A DNA stretch of 64,000 bases from Felis catus (lineage: Eukaryota): contig NC_058373.1 in NCBI RefSeq assembly GCF_018350175.1, positions 108,378,001 through 108,442,000 of the forward strand. The letters run 5' to 3'. The notes beneath the pieces were generated by a model, which was not told where the DNA came from, made no database searches, and saw nothing but the letters and a program-made list of their open reading frames with translations. The translations under genes were made by a program, and so were the position numbers. Below are positions 26,428 to 39,935 of the stretch, one piece after another. How positions within the stretch are numbered: position 1 is the stretch's first letter; every line of letters starts with the position of its first letter.

Positions 26428-27311
26428 TGAAATTATCACCAGGAAGTACTGCAGATATGAAAACGTCACAGGGAAAGCTATAGGGATAGAAGCCAATTTC
26501 TCTGGAAGTCAGGTGAGCCAGGGCGGGGAATGGCACATCATGGTAAATAAGTTTACACCTATGCTCCCTGATATATTGGAAAAAGAAGGTGGGAGTGGAA
26601 ATCCCAAACACTGGGTACTTATCCAAAATGAAGTTGACTGAATTACTTTCAGTGGCCAACCTGAAGTTTTGTTTCTTGACACTGAACATGGGGTGGGGGG
26701 GAGGTGCACAGAGAAAGACAGGAGTGCCATGAGACAACATGAAGACAAGCGTCTGTACATTTAGGCAAAGCTGGTGCTCACCTAGTGCTCAGCAGTAAAG
26801 CTGAGTATCAGCGGGAGCTCAGAAACAAGGTGGTTCAAATGTGGCAATTTCTCCCTGCCAGCTGAGAAGAAGGCCCAGTTGACTGGTCCCTCCCCAAGAC
26901 CACCCTCACCTCTTTATCTGAAGCTAAATGGTTAGCTTCTGGCCCAGCAGGGGCCTCCCAGCTATGCCATTTCCTTCTGCTTGAGATGTGATGGCTGCTG
27001 TTGTCAAATATTTCTTATTTCATTTCTGCATTTAGGTTATTTAGGTCAGAATATGTTCAAGTACAACTTTCTCAGTCTACAATTCAATAAACAGATCCTA
27101 TTATCTCCATTTTGTTGATGAAGAAACTGAAGTTCAGAGAGACATTTTTCCTCCCCAAGCTGTTAAGTGGCAGAGCTGGGACTCTTGTTCAAGAGCACCT
27201 TATGCTGGTGGCCCAGACCTTACTTTTTTCCACCCACCTAATCTTCCCAATTCAGTCCATTATTTCATGCTTTTGAACTTCTGGGATGTGAAAAAAATAA
27301 GGGAAAGGAGG

Positions 27312-27653
27312 TTTTTGGTTTCTTGTGGCTGCCATACAAAATGTCACGAACTTGGTGTCTTATAACAACATGAATTTACTTTTGGTACCATTCTGGAGAC
27401 CAAAATTTTAAAATCAGGGTGTCAGCAGGTCCATACTCTCCTAGCTCCAACCTCCTTCTCCATCTTCACATTGCCTTTGTTTGTGTCTCTGCTGTTTCAT
27501 TGTCATTGGATTTAGGTTTTATCCTGATAATATAGGAATATCTCATCTAAAGATCATTAACTACATCTGCAAAGACCCTCCCAACATTTGTGGGTTCCAA
27601 GGATTAGGACATGGGCATATCTTTTTTGTGGGGGACACCGTTCAGCCGCTACA
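27312..27653 (-). mobile_element. Internally deleted MLT1 LTR
   Basis: gtggctgccatacaaaatgtcacgaacttgg...actacatctgcaaagaccct...gggggacaccgttcagcc. Confidence 0.7.
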
Positions 27654-28139
27654 AGGGGGAGGATGTGGAAGCATCACCTGGAAATGGTTTTTAACCATTC
27701 CAGATTATGAGAGTTGATGAAGAATTGAATGCAGGATTCTCTTTTCTCCATTTTCCTCAGTGATATTCCACATGTCCCATCTGGGGTTAGAATGATTCTT
27801 ACAAAGAGATACAACAAAAGCTTATCAAGTGTTTATGATATGGATTGTGATATCCATCAGGGTGCTTTCCAACTGAAAGCCCATTTGAACTACACTGGGT
27901 CTCAATCCTGGAAAACTTAAAAAAACAAAACAAATCAAAACCCAAATCCTACTGCAAACTAATTAAATCATAATAGAGAGCAACAGTGGCAGTGGCGGAA
28001 CAAACTATATAGCTTTAAAAAGAATACTAGGTGACCTAAAAGTGCAGGCAGGGTGGAGTACCATTGATGGATGCAGGGTAGGCTTATGGCTAATTTCCTC
28101 TTTCAGGTCAGGAAGGATAGTATGTGAGCAGAGTGGTCT

Positions 28140-28442
28140 TTTTGTATATTAATATAATTTATTGTCAAATTGGTTTCCATACAACACCCAGTGCTCATCC
28201 AACAAGTGCCCTCCTCATCCCCATCACCCGTTTTCCCCTCTCCCCTACCCCCATCCTCCCTCATTTTGTTCTCTGTATGTATTTATTTATTTATTTATTT
28301 ATTTATATTTTAATTACGAAATTTATTGTCAAATTGGTTTCCATACAACACCCAGTGCTCATCCAACAAGTGCCCTCCTCATCCCCATCACCCGTTTTCC
28401 CCTCTCCCCTACCCCCATCCTCTCTCATTTTATTCTCTGTAT

Positions 28443-28479
<37 letters not shown>

Positions 28480-29744
28480 TTTTAATTATGAAATTTATTG
28501 TCAAATTGGTTTCCATACAACACCCAGTGCTCATCCCAACAGGTGCCCTCAATACTCATGTTCTCTGTATTTAACAGTCTTTATGGTTTGCCTCCCTCCC
28601 TCTCTGTTTGTTAACTATTTTTTTCCCTTCCCTTCTCAAGTTAAGTTTCTCAAGATCCACATATGAGTGAAAATATATGGTATCTGTCATTCTATGACTT
28701 ATTTCACTCAGCATAATACCTTCCATTTCCATCCACATTGCTGCAAATGGCATGATTTCATTCTTTCTCATTGCCAAGTAGTATTCCATTGTATATATAA
28801 ACTACATCTTCTTTATCCATTCATCAGTTGATAGACATTTAGGCTCTTTCCATACTTTGGCTATTGTTGAAAGTGCTGCTGTAAACATTGGGGTACATGT
28901 GCCCTTATAAATCAGCACTCCTGTATCCCTAGCAGTGCTATTGCTGGGTCATAAGGTAGTTCTATTTTTAATTTTTTGAGGAACCTCCACACTGTTTTCC
29001 AGAGCGGCTGCACCAGTTTGCATTCCCACCAGCAGTGCAAGAGGGTTCTCATTTCTCCACATCCTCGCTAGCATCTGTAGTTTCCTGATTTGTTCATTTT
29101 AGTCCCTCTGACAGGTGTGAGGTGGTATCTCAGTGTAGCTTTGATTTGTATTTCCCTGATGATGAGTGATGTTAAACATCTTTTCATGTGGCAGTTGGCC
29201 ATCTGGATGTCTTCTTTGGAAAAGTGGCTATTCATATCTTCTGCCCGTTTCTTCACTGGATTATTTGTTTTTTTGGGTGTTGAGTTTGGTAAGTTCTTTA
29301 TAGATTTTTGGATACTAGCCCTTTATTCGATATATCATTTGCAAATATCTTTTCCCATTCCATCAGTTGCCTTTTAGTTTTGTTGATTGTTTCCTTTGCG
29401 GTGCAGAAGCTTTTTATTTGATGAGGTCCCAATAGTTCATTTTGCTTTTAATTCCCTTGCCTTTGGAGATGTGTCGAGTAAGAAATTGCTGCAGCTGAGG
29501 TCACCCACAAATGTATGGCCAACTAATCTTTGACAAAGCAGGAAAGAGCATCCAATGGAAAAAAAGACAATTTCTTTAGCAAATGGTGCTGGGAGAACTG
29601 GACAGCAACATGCAGACGGTTGAAACTAGACCACTTTTTTACACCATTCACAAAAATAAACCCAAAATGGATGAAAGAGCTAAATGTGAGACAGGAAACC
29701 ATCAACACCCTGGAGGAGAAAGCAGGCAACAACCTCTTCAACCT
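28140..29744 (-). mobile_element. Felid L1 with 5' inversion (29503-29744 in + orientation) and triplicated 3' end
   Basis: ORF2 peptides on - (28571-29256) and on + (29530-: [17 protein letters not shown]); candidate TSD tgagcagagt. Confidence 0.92.
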
Positions 29745-29921
29745 GAGCAGAGTATTAACACTGGCCAAATACACCCATCCTTCTGCCCCCAAGGTATCGA
29801 AACAGTTCTAACTTGGTCATTAAGAAAGCTTTTCCTTTATGATAGCTTCCCTTTCCAAAGCTCCATGAATACCATGACACAACCAACAGTTTACTTCTGT
29901 ATGTAGATTAAAAAAATAAGA

Positions 29922-30090
29922 CAGGTGCCTGGGTAGCTCGGTTATTTAAGTGTCCAACTTTGGCTCAGGTCATGATCTTGTGCTTTGTGAGTTCAGGCCC
30001 TGCCTCAGGGGCTCTGTGCTGACAGCTCAGAACCTGGAGCCTGTTTCAGATTCTGTGTCTCCTTCTCTCTCTGCTCCTCCCCCCCTTTGG

Positions 30091-30126
<36 letters not shown>

Positions 30127-30190
30127 ATCCATTCATCAGTTGATAGACATTTAGGCTCTTTCCATACTTTGGCTAAAATGAATAAACATT
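29922..30190 (+). mobile_element. Can-SINE carrying a 54-bp L1-derived insert
   Basis: SINEC head/body, TSD aaaaaaataaga; insert at 30122-30175. Confidence 0.9.
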
Positions 30191-31205
30191 AAAAAAATAA
30201 GATATTTAGAAGAAGTACCTACTTTATAAGATTATTCAGTTTCCAAATTATAATCAATTTCAATTCATATTCAAGGTTCTGAAAGTTTTATAATTTTTTA
30301 GTGAATTTGACCCAAACAGAAGAGTTTGGCTGTTTCATTGATAAAACTTCCAGCATTTTCTGAATGATTTTGATAATATTTCATTTTCCTTTTATGCCCA
30401 AATAAGAAAGAGAAATGACAAATAGATAAAAAGAAATAAAAATATAAAGAGTACTCACCAGCAGATATGAATGGTTTCAGTTTTTATTTTTGACTCCTTG
30501 AGGTGAGAGAGACATTTAGCCATGTGCACATCTTACAGTTGTAAGTAACTAGCATCAACTTCTTTGTACATTATGTTTAGTACGATTGATAAATTAATTA
30601 TAGGCAGAAAAGGGTGGGGTTTTTTAAAGGATACTGTAAACACAGCCTGGTCCATACTCTACTGAAAGGTTTTAGATGCCATCTTTAGCACTGTGCATTA
30701 TTTTACCTGTACCCAGAATTTAGGTTTCTTCACCTATAGATCTGTGCATTGGTTTTAGGCTCAGACTACTTAGATGAATTGTAAATGGATCAAATAGTTT
30801 GGAATTCTAAAGAAGTTCAATATTTTCTTTTTCATTTCTTTCTAATAAGATAAATGAAAACTATAAATGCCATTGAAATGCTTTTTATACAATTTACCAA
30901 CTTTGGGATTACACAATAATATGTTTTAGAATTATGGATTAAATAATATGTAGAACTACCCTCCATCTCTCCCCATTTTTGCTCTCAAATGTGGGATTTC
31001 AGAGTGGAATAAATGGAATAGCCCCTCTATGCTTCTGATGTCACTCTTCCCCAGTGAAGAATATGCAAAACGAGACCCAGCTTGAAGTGTAGCACCTAGA
31101 GTAAAAGATTCATATCTTTTACTATATCTAAATTGAATAGTAATCTCTCTTCTGATTTTAAGGCCTTAATTTGTGTAGAATATGCATTTCTCTAACTATG
31201 TGTTA

Positions 31206-31272
31206 TATTAGGTTGAACTCTATGAAATTACTATTTTTGTAGGTTGGCAGTTTCATATCATTCAACATAATA
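31206..31272. mobile_element. MADE2-like mariner MITE
   Basis: Imperfect palindrome tattaggttgaac...ttcaacataata. Confidence 0.75.
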
Positions 31273-31794
31273 CATGAGATGAAAAATTGAGAATTAAGGC
31301 GCTGTAAAGGTTTCAACACTAAGACAAGTCATGGCATGTGTCATTGTGTTGTCTAGGTACCTGTTTTATTGACTTATTTTAATTGAGAATATTTCTTCAT
31401 GGACCTATCAAAGTATGACTAATTGCACCTTGTTTGGTGGATGCAAATTCCAAGGAATTCAGTTGAGAATTTACTGGTTTGAGAATTTCATTCATCCATT
31501 CAGTACTATTTGTAAGGAATCTGTGTTATGCTACAGTGTGCTAAGTGCTAGAAATAAAATGGTGAAAGAGAAAGATATAGTCCCTACTCTCTTGGAAATT
31601 AATTAATTAAATTTTTATATGAAGAAGGACAAAAAACTGAAAGTAAAGAGACAAAATGTAGATTGTTACAAATACTATTGGGGACTAAAATAATAATTGT
31701 TAAGGTGGGGAGATTTACTCTAGATGGGGTTGAACACATCTTGCTCATTGCTGGGTAGAGAGAGAAACACACACCATACCACACCACACCACAT

Positions 31795-32022
31795 TATTAT
31801 TGGGTCTGTTTCTCTGGAGAACCCTTATTAATACAGCTCCTATAGCTGCTACGGACTTTTTAGTTATCATGCCCTTTATCTAAATTTATCTCTATATCTA
31901 TCTTCACCTATAACTATGCCTATATCTAAATTGTTAATATAAATATAAATAAATATATAATGGAGAGAAATATAGATCTCCATCTGTATGTCTGTGGAGG
32001 TAAGATGGAGAGAGGGAGAGAG

Positions 32023-32073
<51 letters not shown>

Positions 32074-32424
32074 TTTAAGGAATTAGTTTATGCAATTATA
32101 GAGGCTGGCAAGTCCAAAATTTACAGGGTGGGCTGATAGGCTAGAAACCCAAGGAGGAGCTGATGTTGTAGTTGAAGTCCAAAGGTTGTCTGCTGTCTGA
32201 ATTCCTTCTTGCTCTTGGGAGGTGAATCTTCTGTTAAGGTCCTCAATTGATTGGATGAGGCTCACCCACATTATGGAGGGCATTCTGCTTTACACAAAGC
32301 CTACCAATTTAAACATTAATCTCATCCACAGAAAACACCCTCACAGAAATATCCAGAGTAATGTTTGATCAAATACCTAGGCACCATGGCTCAGTCAAGT
32401 TGACACATAATATTAACCATCACA
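31795..32424 (-). mobile_element. MLT2 (ERV-L) LTR with (GA)n
   Basis: gaggctggcaagtccaaaat...caagttgacacataatattaaccatcaca; the terminal piece at 31795-31835 is in the opposite orientation. Confidence 0.8.
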
Positions 32425-35400
32425 GGCACTTACTTAACATCTGCGTTTTCTTGTTTCCTTCAATGTATTATGGTAAAGAGGTTGAGAAGAGAGCTTCACT
32501 TTTTAAAAATTTTTATTATTGAAATACTTACAAGAAAGTAGAGAGAGAATTGTATAATGAACCCCCATATACCAATCACTCAGCTTCAACAATTACTAAC
32601 ACAGACCACTCATTTCTAAATTATACCCTATTGTCTCCATTTCCTTATTTTCCTTGGGAAATAGTGGGAATAAATTTGTTCCTTTAAAATCTCTCAGCCT
32701 TTACTATTTGTTTTCTTGCAAGTTGGATTATGGGTTATTATCCTCTGCTCAAGAATCTGACCCAGCAAATGAACACGTTACACGCTAGCTGATTGCTGGA
32801 GATGGGAGATATTAGATTAAAGGTTCAGGAGACCTTTGACAAATCTGGGTACATTTACAGTTGGAATATGAGGAGCTCTGCTTTTTGAGCTATTTATATA
32901 AGGGTGTATAATGAGTTACCTTAGAAACAGATTCTTGTGGCATTTGAGCTTCCTCTGTGATGCTAGGATATTAATAAAAACAAAGCTGAAGCTCTCTGTA
33001 AGTGTGCTGTGAAAATGTTTAACACCTAAGTTTGAGAGCTCCCTAAACACACATCACTATCTCAGAAGCTGTAGAAAATTTCTTTCATGATTTTTCACTT
33101 TACCAATGACTCTGTAACATATGGAGGTGTGTGTGTGTGTGTGTGTGTGTACACTTAGGAAAAATTAATGTCAGTGATATAACATATATGGGCAGAAACT
33201 TTGGGGCCTTTTTGCATTTGAAATAGTCATAGAATGGAATTCTATGACAGAGTTCTAGGTAGACCTGTAAACCTTGGCAATCTACACAGTATACCATTTA
33301 TACAGAAGTAAGTGTTTATTGCTTGGTGGATTGAAGGTCTTCCTGCTCTCCTTCAGCACAGACCCTCAAGATTATATGAGGAAGCCTTAAACACACATCC
33401 TTTAATGGAGATACTGAAACCAATTCACCAACTTTATGGATAGCTTTGAGAGACTTTGATGCGGTGGAAATGAACCTGTTAGTTTCACTTATAGATCAAG
33501 AGATTGCTTCAAGTTTAAAGCTTGTGCATTTACACATGCTAGCAAATGGCATAATTAACAACAGTTCTCTTTGTGATATCTTCCAGGTCTACAGAGTGTC
33601 TGGAGGATACCAAAGGTGGTAAAAGTGACATTTACCAGATTTTTGTAGGTTTTTGTGCTTTTCTTGTCAGCAAGACAACCATGCTCGTTATACTTTAAGA
33701 AGATATATGCCTTAGTTAAAAGAAAAATTTAGTTGATGGGTGGGTGGCAAGAAGAAAGGATTGTTTGCATAGAATAGTTAGTAGTATAGATCATTTTCTG
33801 CAGTAAAGTGGGTGTCTATCCTTTTTTATGCTTAACTAGCTATTTGAGTAATCAGTTTTAAACTAGTTATTGGAGTAACAGCTTTAAAATATCACCGTTT
33901 TTCTTAGCCTGACAGATTAAAGTAAAAGAAAGGGCATGTCTGTACTTACACGTTTCCATAAAAATATCTGCATTCCTCTAAAACCTCTTAAATGGAGCAA
34001 ATGCTTTATTCATAAAAGCTCTCATAATAATTGCAAGTCTATGTTATTCTGGGCTGGCTGAATGAGGTTTAACAACCAGGTGACAGCTATTATTTGAAGT
34101 GTGTGAAATTAGGAATTCCAGAAATGTTTTGAATCTTATTTTCTTAGTTTCTATACTCCGGGTCTTCAAAACAGTTCTCAATACTTAGGAACAATTAATG
34201 CCAGTGATATAGAATGAAATTACTATCTGCTTGAAAACTTTTCTTTTTTGTTTTTCCCCGGTGAGCAATGGCTATAGAATGGTAATTTACAGTTGTCATT
34301 CCACAAAAGTGTGAGCCACTTATTGCAAGACAGGGTGTTGGAGAAAACCTTACCTTTAAGGCATCTGAATGTGTATTATTTTAAAATTATTTTTAAACAA
34401 AAAATAAATCATGGCATTATAAGGCACATTACAGAAAGTATAGTGAAATTCTCAATGTCTTACCTGGACTCCTTGGCAGAAAGCTCTTTTAAAAAATAAA
34501 GCTTTTTTTTTTTTAAATCTTCCCAATTCCCTCCATCACTTTTCTGCCCCTAAAGAAGTAATGCTTACAAAGTTGTACTCAGTAGCTCATCATTCTATAT
34601 TGGAAAGATGTCAGACCTTTAAAAATTTTTTATTTTTCTCATGGGTTGGCTTTGTGTCAAAGACCTAAGTTGGTATTAGTTTGAAGAACATCTTAGGGCA
34701 AGAGTTCCATTTAGAATTTCCTCCAAAGAACCTAAAACTAACCAAAATGTGTATTTTGTGTGGCACTGTGTTTAGAAATGAGATCCCAATGTGAAATGTC
34801 ATTTTCCATATCAGTTGGAGTTTTTTTTTTTTTTTTCATTAGCTGCTCTATTGTAGGACTCATATTTATACTAGTATGCTTTTTGGAATGAAATGTTAGT
34901 ATTTCATTACTAGAAAGTAGACTCTCATTCATAATGGGTGATGGTAGTAAATCCTCATTGGACTAAACTGTGCTAACAGAAGACTGCGGGAGTATTTGCT
35001 AATCCTCAGCAAGCAAGCTTTCATATCTTTTAGTGAGAAATTGGAAGGATTGAAAGAGAAAGAGAAGAAAAAAGTAAAAGGCATTGTTGGTGTAATAGAA
35101 ATGTAACTAGCATTTTGGTTTAACTGAAGAAATACAATCTGTGCAACTATATATAATGCTATAAAATAGATCACACGTGTATGTAGAACTAGTTAAGAAC
35201 ATTTGGATCCACTATTATGCTGGGAAAACAGTGCTTTCCAGTTCTTATGTGAAATTCCCTGCCAGTGGGAAGGGAAATGTGAAAGGAATGTTCTCAAATG
35301 TTCTTTGATTGGGGCCACTTTGGCCAGGCAGACCTGAGAGACATTGTGTACCACCCCCCTAACCTACTTGTGTTTGCAACCACAAACATCCCATTAAATG

Positions 35401-36202
35401 TGCTGCTTTTGATGGGCTCCCAAGGGGAACTGATTATTAATGTTTGTCAGACACAGAAGTATTGACATTGTTGTGTTATTAGCATTACTATTCTAACAGC
35501 CCAGTCATCAAGGACCCCAGGAGACCTTGTTTTGATAACCACTAATGAAGGAGATACAATGTGTGGCAGTAGTCATTTTTGTAATGAACAATTTTACTAC
35601 CTACTTAGTTTGAAGGTTATGTAAACAAATGAAAAGGGAAAACATAAGGAAAAATACTGAACACTTGTTAGCATTGATTTAGGTTATGAATTACAACTCA
35701 AGACTATTGATATGTTCATTCATAGACAGAAGGGGGCCAATATAAATAAAAATATGAGGCCATGTCCTAAGACCTAGCAGAAACGTGTATAATATAATAG
35801 ATTAATAATTTGTTCTGGAATGGTTTTCTGGCTATATATGAAAGTTTTCTTAGATATGATTCATCTTTCCTTCATCACAAATATAGTGGGATCAAAATTA
35901 AAAGGTATAATTGTTGGTTTCAGGGTGCCTTTCAGAGATGGAATAACGTCACCAATCTGTGCTGATCATAGCAGTGACAGTTGGGAGTTGTGGTTAGAGA
36001 CCCTTCTGAGATTCTGCAAAAAGCGTAATCTGATATTTACATCTATTGATTGCCTGTTATATGGTAGTCACTCAACTAGATGCTGAAAACAGGCAAAGGC
36101 AAAACTTAACCTGCTACCTGATCTCATGGAGCTTCTAATTTCATGGGGAAGACAGATGTTAAAAGAAATAATTACATAAGTTGTCAATAAGCTACAATTA
36201 TA

Positions 36203-38270
36203 AACCTTAAAGTCTCCACCAAAAGACTGGAACTGAAAAATGAATTTAGTAAAGTTTCAGGATACAAAATCATTGTACAGAAATTGGTTGCATTCATATA
36301 CACTAATAATGAAGCAGCAGAAAGTGAAATGAAGAAAACAATCCCATTTACAATAACACCAAAACAATAAAATATCTATGAATAAACTTAACCAAAGAGA
36401 TGAAAGACCTGTACTCTGAAAACTATAAAATATGGATGAAAGAAATTCAAGATGATGCAAAAAAAAAAAAAAAAAAAAAAAAAAAGGAAAGACATTCTGC
36501 ACTCATGGGTTGGAAGAAGAAATATTGCTAAAATATATATACTACTCAAAGCAATATATGGATTTAGTGTAATCCCTATCAAAATACTAATACCATCTTT
36601 TTCACGGAACTAGAAGAAACAATCCTAAAATTTGTATGGAACTACAAAAGAATAGCCAAAGCAATCTTGAAAAAGAAAAACAAAACTGAAGTATCACAAT
36701 TCCAGATTTCAAGTTCTATTACAAAATGGTAGTAATTAATACAGTATGGTACTGGCATAAAAAAATAGACACATCGATCAAGAGAATAGAACAGAAAACC
36801 CAGAAATAAACCATTGATCATATGGTCAATTAATCTTCAACAAAGGAAGAATGGATGTACAATGGGAAAAAGACAGTCTTTTTAGCAAATGGTGTGGGGA
36901 AACTGGACAGCTACATGCAAAAGAATGAAACTGGACCACATTCTTTCACCATACACAAAAATAAACTCAAAACAGATTAATGACCTAAATGTGAGACCTA
37001 AAACCATAAAAATCCTTGAAGAGAACACAGGCAGTAATCTCTCTGACGTTGGCCATAGCAACATTTTCCTAGGTATGTCTCCTGCAGCAAGGGAAATAAA
37101 AGTAAAAATAAACTGTTGGGACCACATCAAAATAAAAAGCTTCTGCACAGCAAAGGAACCAGCCAATAAAACTAAAAGGCAACCTATAGAATGTGAGAAG
37201 ATATTTGCAAATTCTATATCTAGTAGAGGGTTAGTATCCAAAATATATAAAGACTTGATACAACTCCGTACCCAATAAACAAATAATCCAATCAAGGAAT
37301 GGGTAGAATGGGGTACCTGGGTGGCTCAGTCAGTTAAACGTCTGGCTCTTGATTTAGGCTCAGGTCATGATCTCTCAGTTTGTGAAATCAAGCCATGTGT
37401 CAGCCTCTATGTGCTGACAGTGTGGAGACTGTTTGGGATTCTTTTTCTCCCTCTCTTTCTTGCTTCTCCCCTGCTCAGGCATGCATGTGTGCACTTTCTC
37501 TCAAATATAAATAAATAAACAGTAAACAAAAAGGGCAGAAGATATGAACAGACATTTCTCTAAAGATATGCAGACAGCCAATAGACACATGGAAAGGTGA
37601 TCAACATCACTCATCATCAGGGAAATGCAAATCAAAACTACAATAAGATGTCACTTCATACCTGCCAGAATGGCTAAAATAAAAAACACAAGAAACAATA
37701 AGTGTTGGTGAGAATGTGGAGAAAAAGGAACCCTTTTGCACCATTGTGGGAATGCAAATTCTGCAGCCACTGCAGAAAACAGTATGGAGGTTCCTCAAAA
37801 AGTTAAAAATATAACTATCCTATAATCCAAGAATTGCATTACTGAGTATTTACTCTGCTAATTCGAGGGGATACATGACCCCTATGTTTATTGCATCATT
37901 ATTTACAATAGCCAAACTGGAAGCAGCCCAAGTGTTCATCGACTGATGAATAAAGAAGATGTGGCATATATATAATATATAACATATAACATATAATATG
38001 TAATATATATAAATGAATGAATGAAAGGAAGATTATTCAGCCATAAAAAGGAATGAAATCTTGCAACAATATGGTAGAGGTAGAGAGTAAGAGAAGTAAG
38101 TTATTCAGAGAAAGACAAATACCATATGATCTAATTTATATGTGGAATTTAAGAAACAAAACAAGCAAAAGGGGAAAAAAGGAGAGAGAGAGGGACAAAC
38201 CAAGCAACAGACTTTTAACTATAGAGAACAAACTGATGGTCACCAGAGGCGAGGTGGGTGGGGGAATTAA
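36203..38270 (+). mobile_element. 5'-truncated carnivore L1 (decayed ORF2 3' half + 3'UTR)
   Basis: ORF 36889-37278 [15 protein letters not shown]...SFCTAKE is ORF2; frameshifted. Confidence 0.95.
37310..37525 (+). mobile_element. Can-SINE nested in L1
   Basis: ggggtacctgggtggctcag head; the L1 resumes at gggcagaagatatgaacagacatt. Confidence 0.9.
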
Positions 38271-38339
38271 AAAAATAAGTTATAATTGTAATACAAGTGT
38301 TAATAAGAAGGAATCAGAGGTGTTAAGAGAGACTATTTT

Positions 38340-38525
38340 AGGGGTGCCTGGGTAGCTCAGTTGGTTGAATGTCTGACTCATGATTTCAGCTCAGGTCATG
38401 ATCCCAAGGTTATGGGATCCAGCCTCGTGTCAGGCTCTGTGATGAGCATGGAACCTGCTTAAGATTTTCTCTCTCTCTCCTGCTGCACCTCTCCCCTGCA
38501 CAATCAATCAATCAATGAATAAAAC
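38340..38525 (+). mobile_element. Can-SINE
   Basis: ggggtgcctgggtagctcag head; degenerate TSD agactatttta/agactgtttca. Confidence 0.9.
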
Positions 38526-39100
38526 AGACTGTTTCAGGGGGACATAACTGAGGCTGGATTATGGGATGCTGGTTATCAGGCTGAGCCCTGAAAGTGGATG
38601 GATGGACTTTGGGGGACAAGGGAAGGAAGCCTGGAGGGAGGAGCACAGTCTTAGCTAGTGGGAGGAGCCTGTTGAAGTAAGATGCTGAAGGGAGGAGGTT
38701 AGATACTGAAGAACAGAGAGCAAAAAGAGAGTGGTCAAAGAAGGGATCAAATCATGTATGGCCTTCTAAGTCTTGTGGAAAATTTTGGACTTTGAAGCAA
38801 TAAGAAGTAATTGTAAGTCATTTCAAACATGGAATGACATAATCAGATATGTTTCTTAAAAAATCATGGAGGCCATTCTGTGGATATAATAGATGGTCCA
38901 AAATATTCAATGGGCTTATGAAATTTAGAGAATATCTTAAAGGTGCTATTTGTTACAATAGCAAAAACACTGAGCAATTTAAAACTCTTGTTGAGCCAAG
39001 ATCATCTTTTTAAGATCTTTTTGATATCATTATTTATGCTCAAACACAAAGCTGTCTGTTGGATAGTTTGAAAAATATATTTAAAAATAAGTTTTCCTCA

Positions 39101-39266
39101 GGGGTGCCTGGGTTACTCAGTCGTTTAGGTGTCCAGCGTCTGCTCAGGTCACGATCTCGTGGTTCACGAATTCAAGCCCCGCGTCAGGCTCTGTGCTAAC
39201 AGCTCAGAGCCTGGAGCCTGCTTCAGATTCTGTGTCTCCCTCTGTCTCTATCCCTCCCATGCCATA

Positions 39267-39300
<34 letters not shown>

Positions 39301-39332
39301 AATAAATAAAAACATTTAAAAAATAAAAAAAG
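39101..39332 (+). mobile_element. Can-SINE (SINEC_Fc-type)
   Basis: TSD taagttttcctca. Confidence 0.95.
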
Positions 39333-39904
39333 TAAGTTTTCCTCAACTTAAGCAGTAGTTTAGAAATTTTTAAAACCTTTATTATACTTACTTTGGAAAA
39401 GTAATCCCAATAATTTTAATTTTTAAAGGTTTCGTTAGTGAAATAGGTAGGAAAGGTGGAGTGGAAACAAAATGAGAATAGACTTTGGAGTCAAACAAAC
39501 CTGAATTTGAACTCACATTGGCCACTTATGAAGAAAGTACCTTTACATGTTTTATTTTGAAGGTTTCTTATTGACATTTTATGAAGATTTGGAGTAGTGG
39601 TTAAAGAAGGAATTTGGAATTCAAAGGAGAATTGGAATGCTAGTTCCATTCTTTATTATAAGCATGAACCTTGAGGCAAATCACTTGCCCTTTCTAAGCC
39701 TCAGTTTTTTCAACTATAAAGGAAAGCTAGTATCTTTCACAAAAAGTTTTTATTCATAGAAGTTGTCAGAAAACATTGCATGTTGTAAGGTTCTTGGCAA
39801 ATGTTAGCTATAATGATAGTATTGTGTTTCTGGGGTCTTGGCGTATTAGGGAAAGGATTACAAGAGTTTAATATGTTTTTACCTTTTAAAATATAATAGA
39901 TTTA

Positions 39905-39935
39905 GTGCTCGCTTCAGCAGCACATACACTAAAAT
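39905..39935 (+). pseudogene. 3'-truncated U6 snRNA retropseudogene fragment
   Basis: gtgctcgcttcagcagcacatacactaaaat versus the U6 5' end GTGCTCGCTTCGGCAGCACATATACTAAAAT (2 mismatches); degenerate TSD. Confidence 0.9.

Noticed and set aside
28124..28666. 180-aa hydrophobic ORF
   Set aside because: Artefact of the antisense L1 3'UTR triplication and (TATT)n tracts.
33351..33371. REST/RE1 site (ttcagcac...)
   Set aside because: Only the left half-site matches; the GGACAG half is absent.
36882..37295. ORFs of 129-137 aa
   Set aside because: Fragments of decayed L1 ORF2 and its antisense frame.
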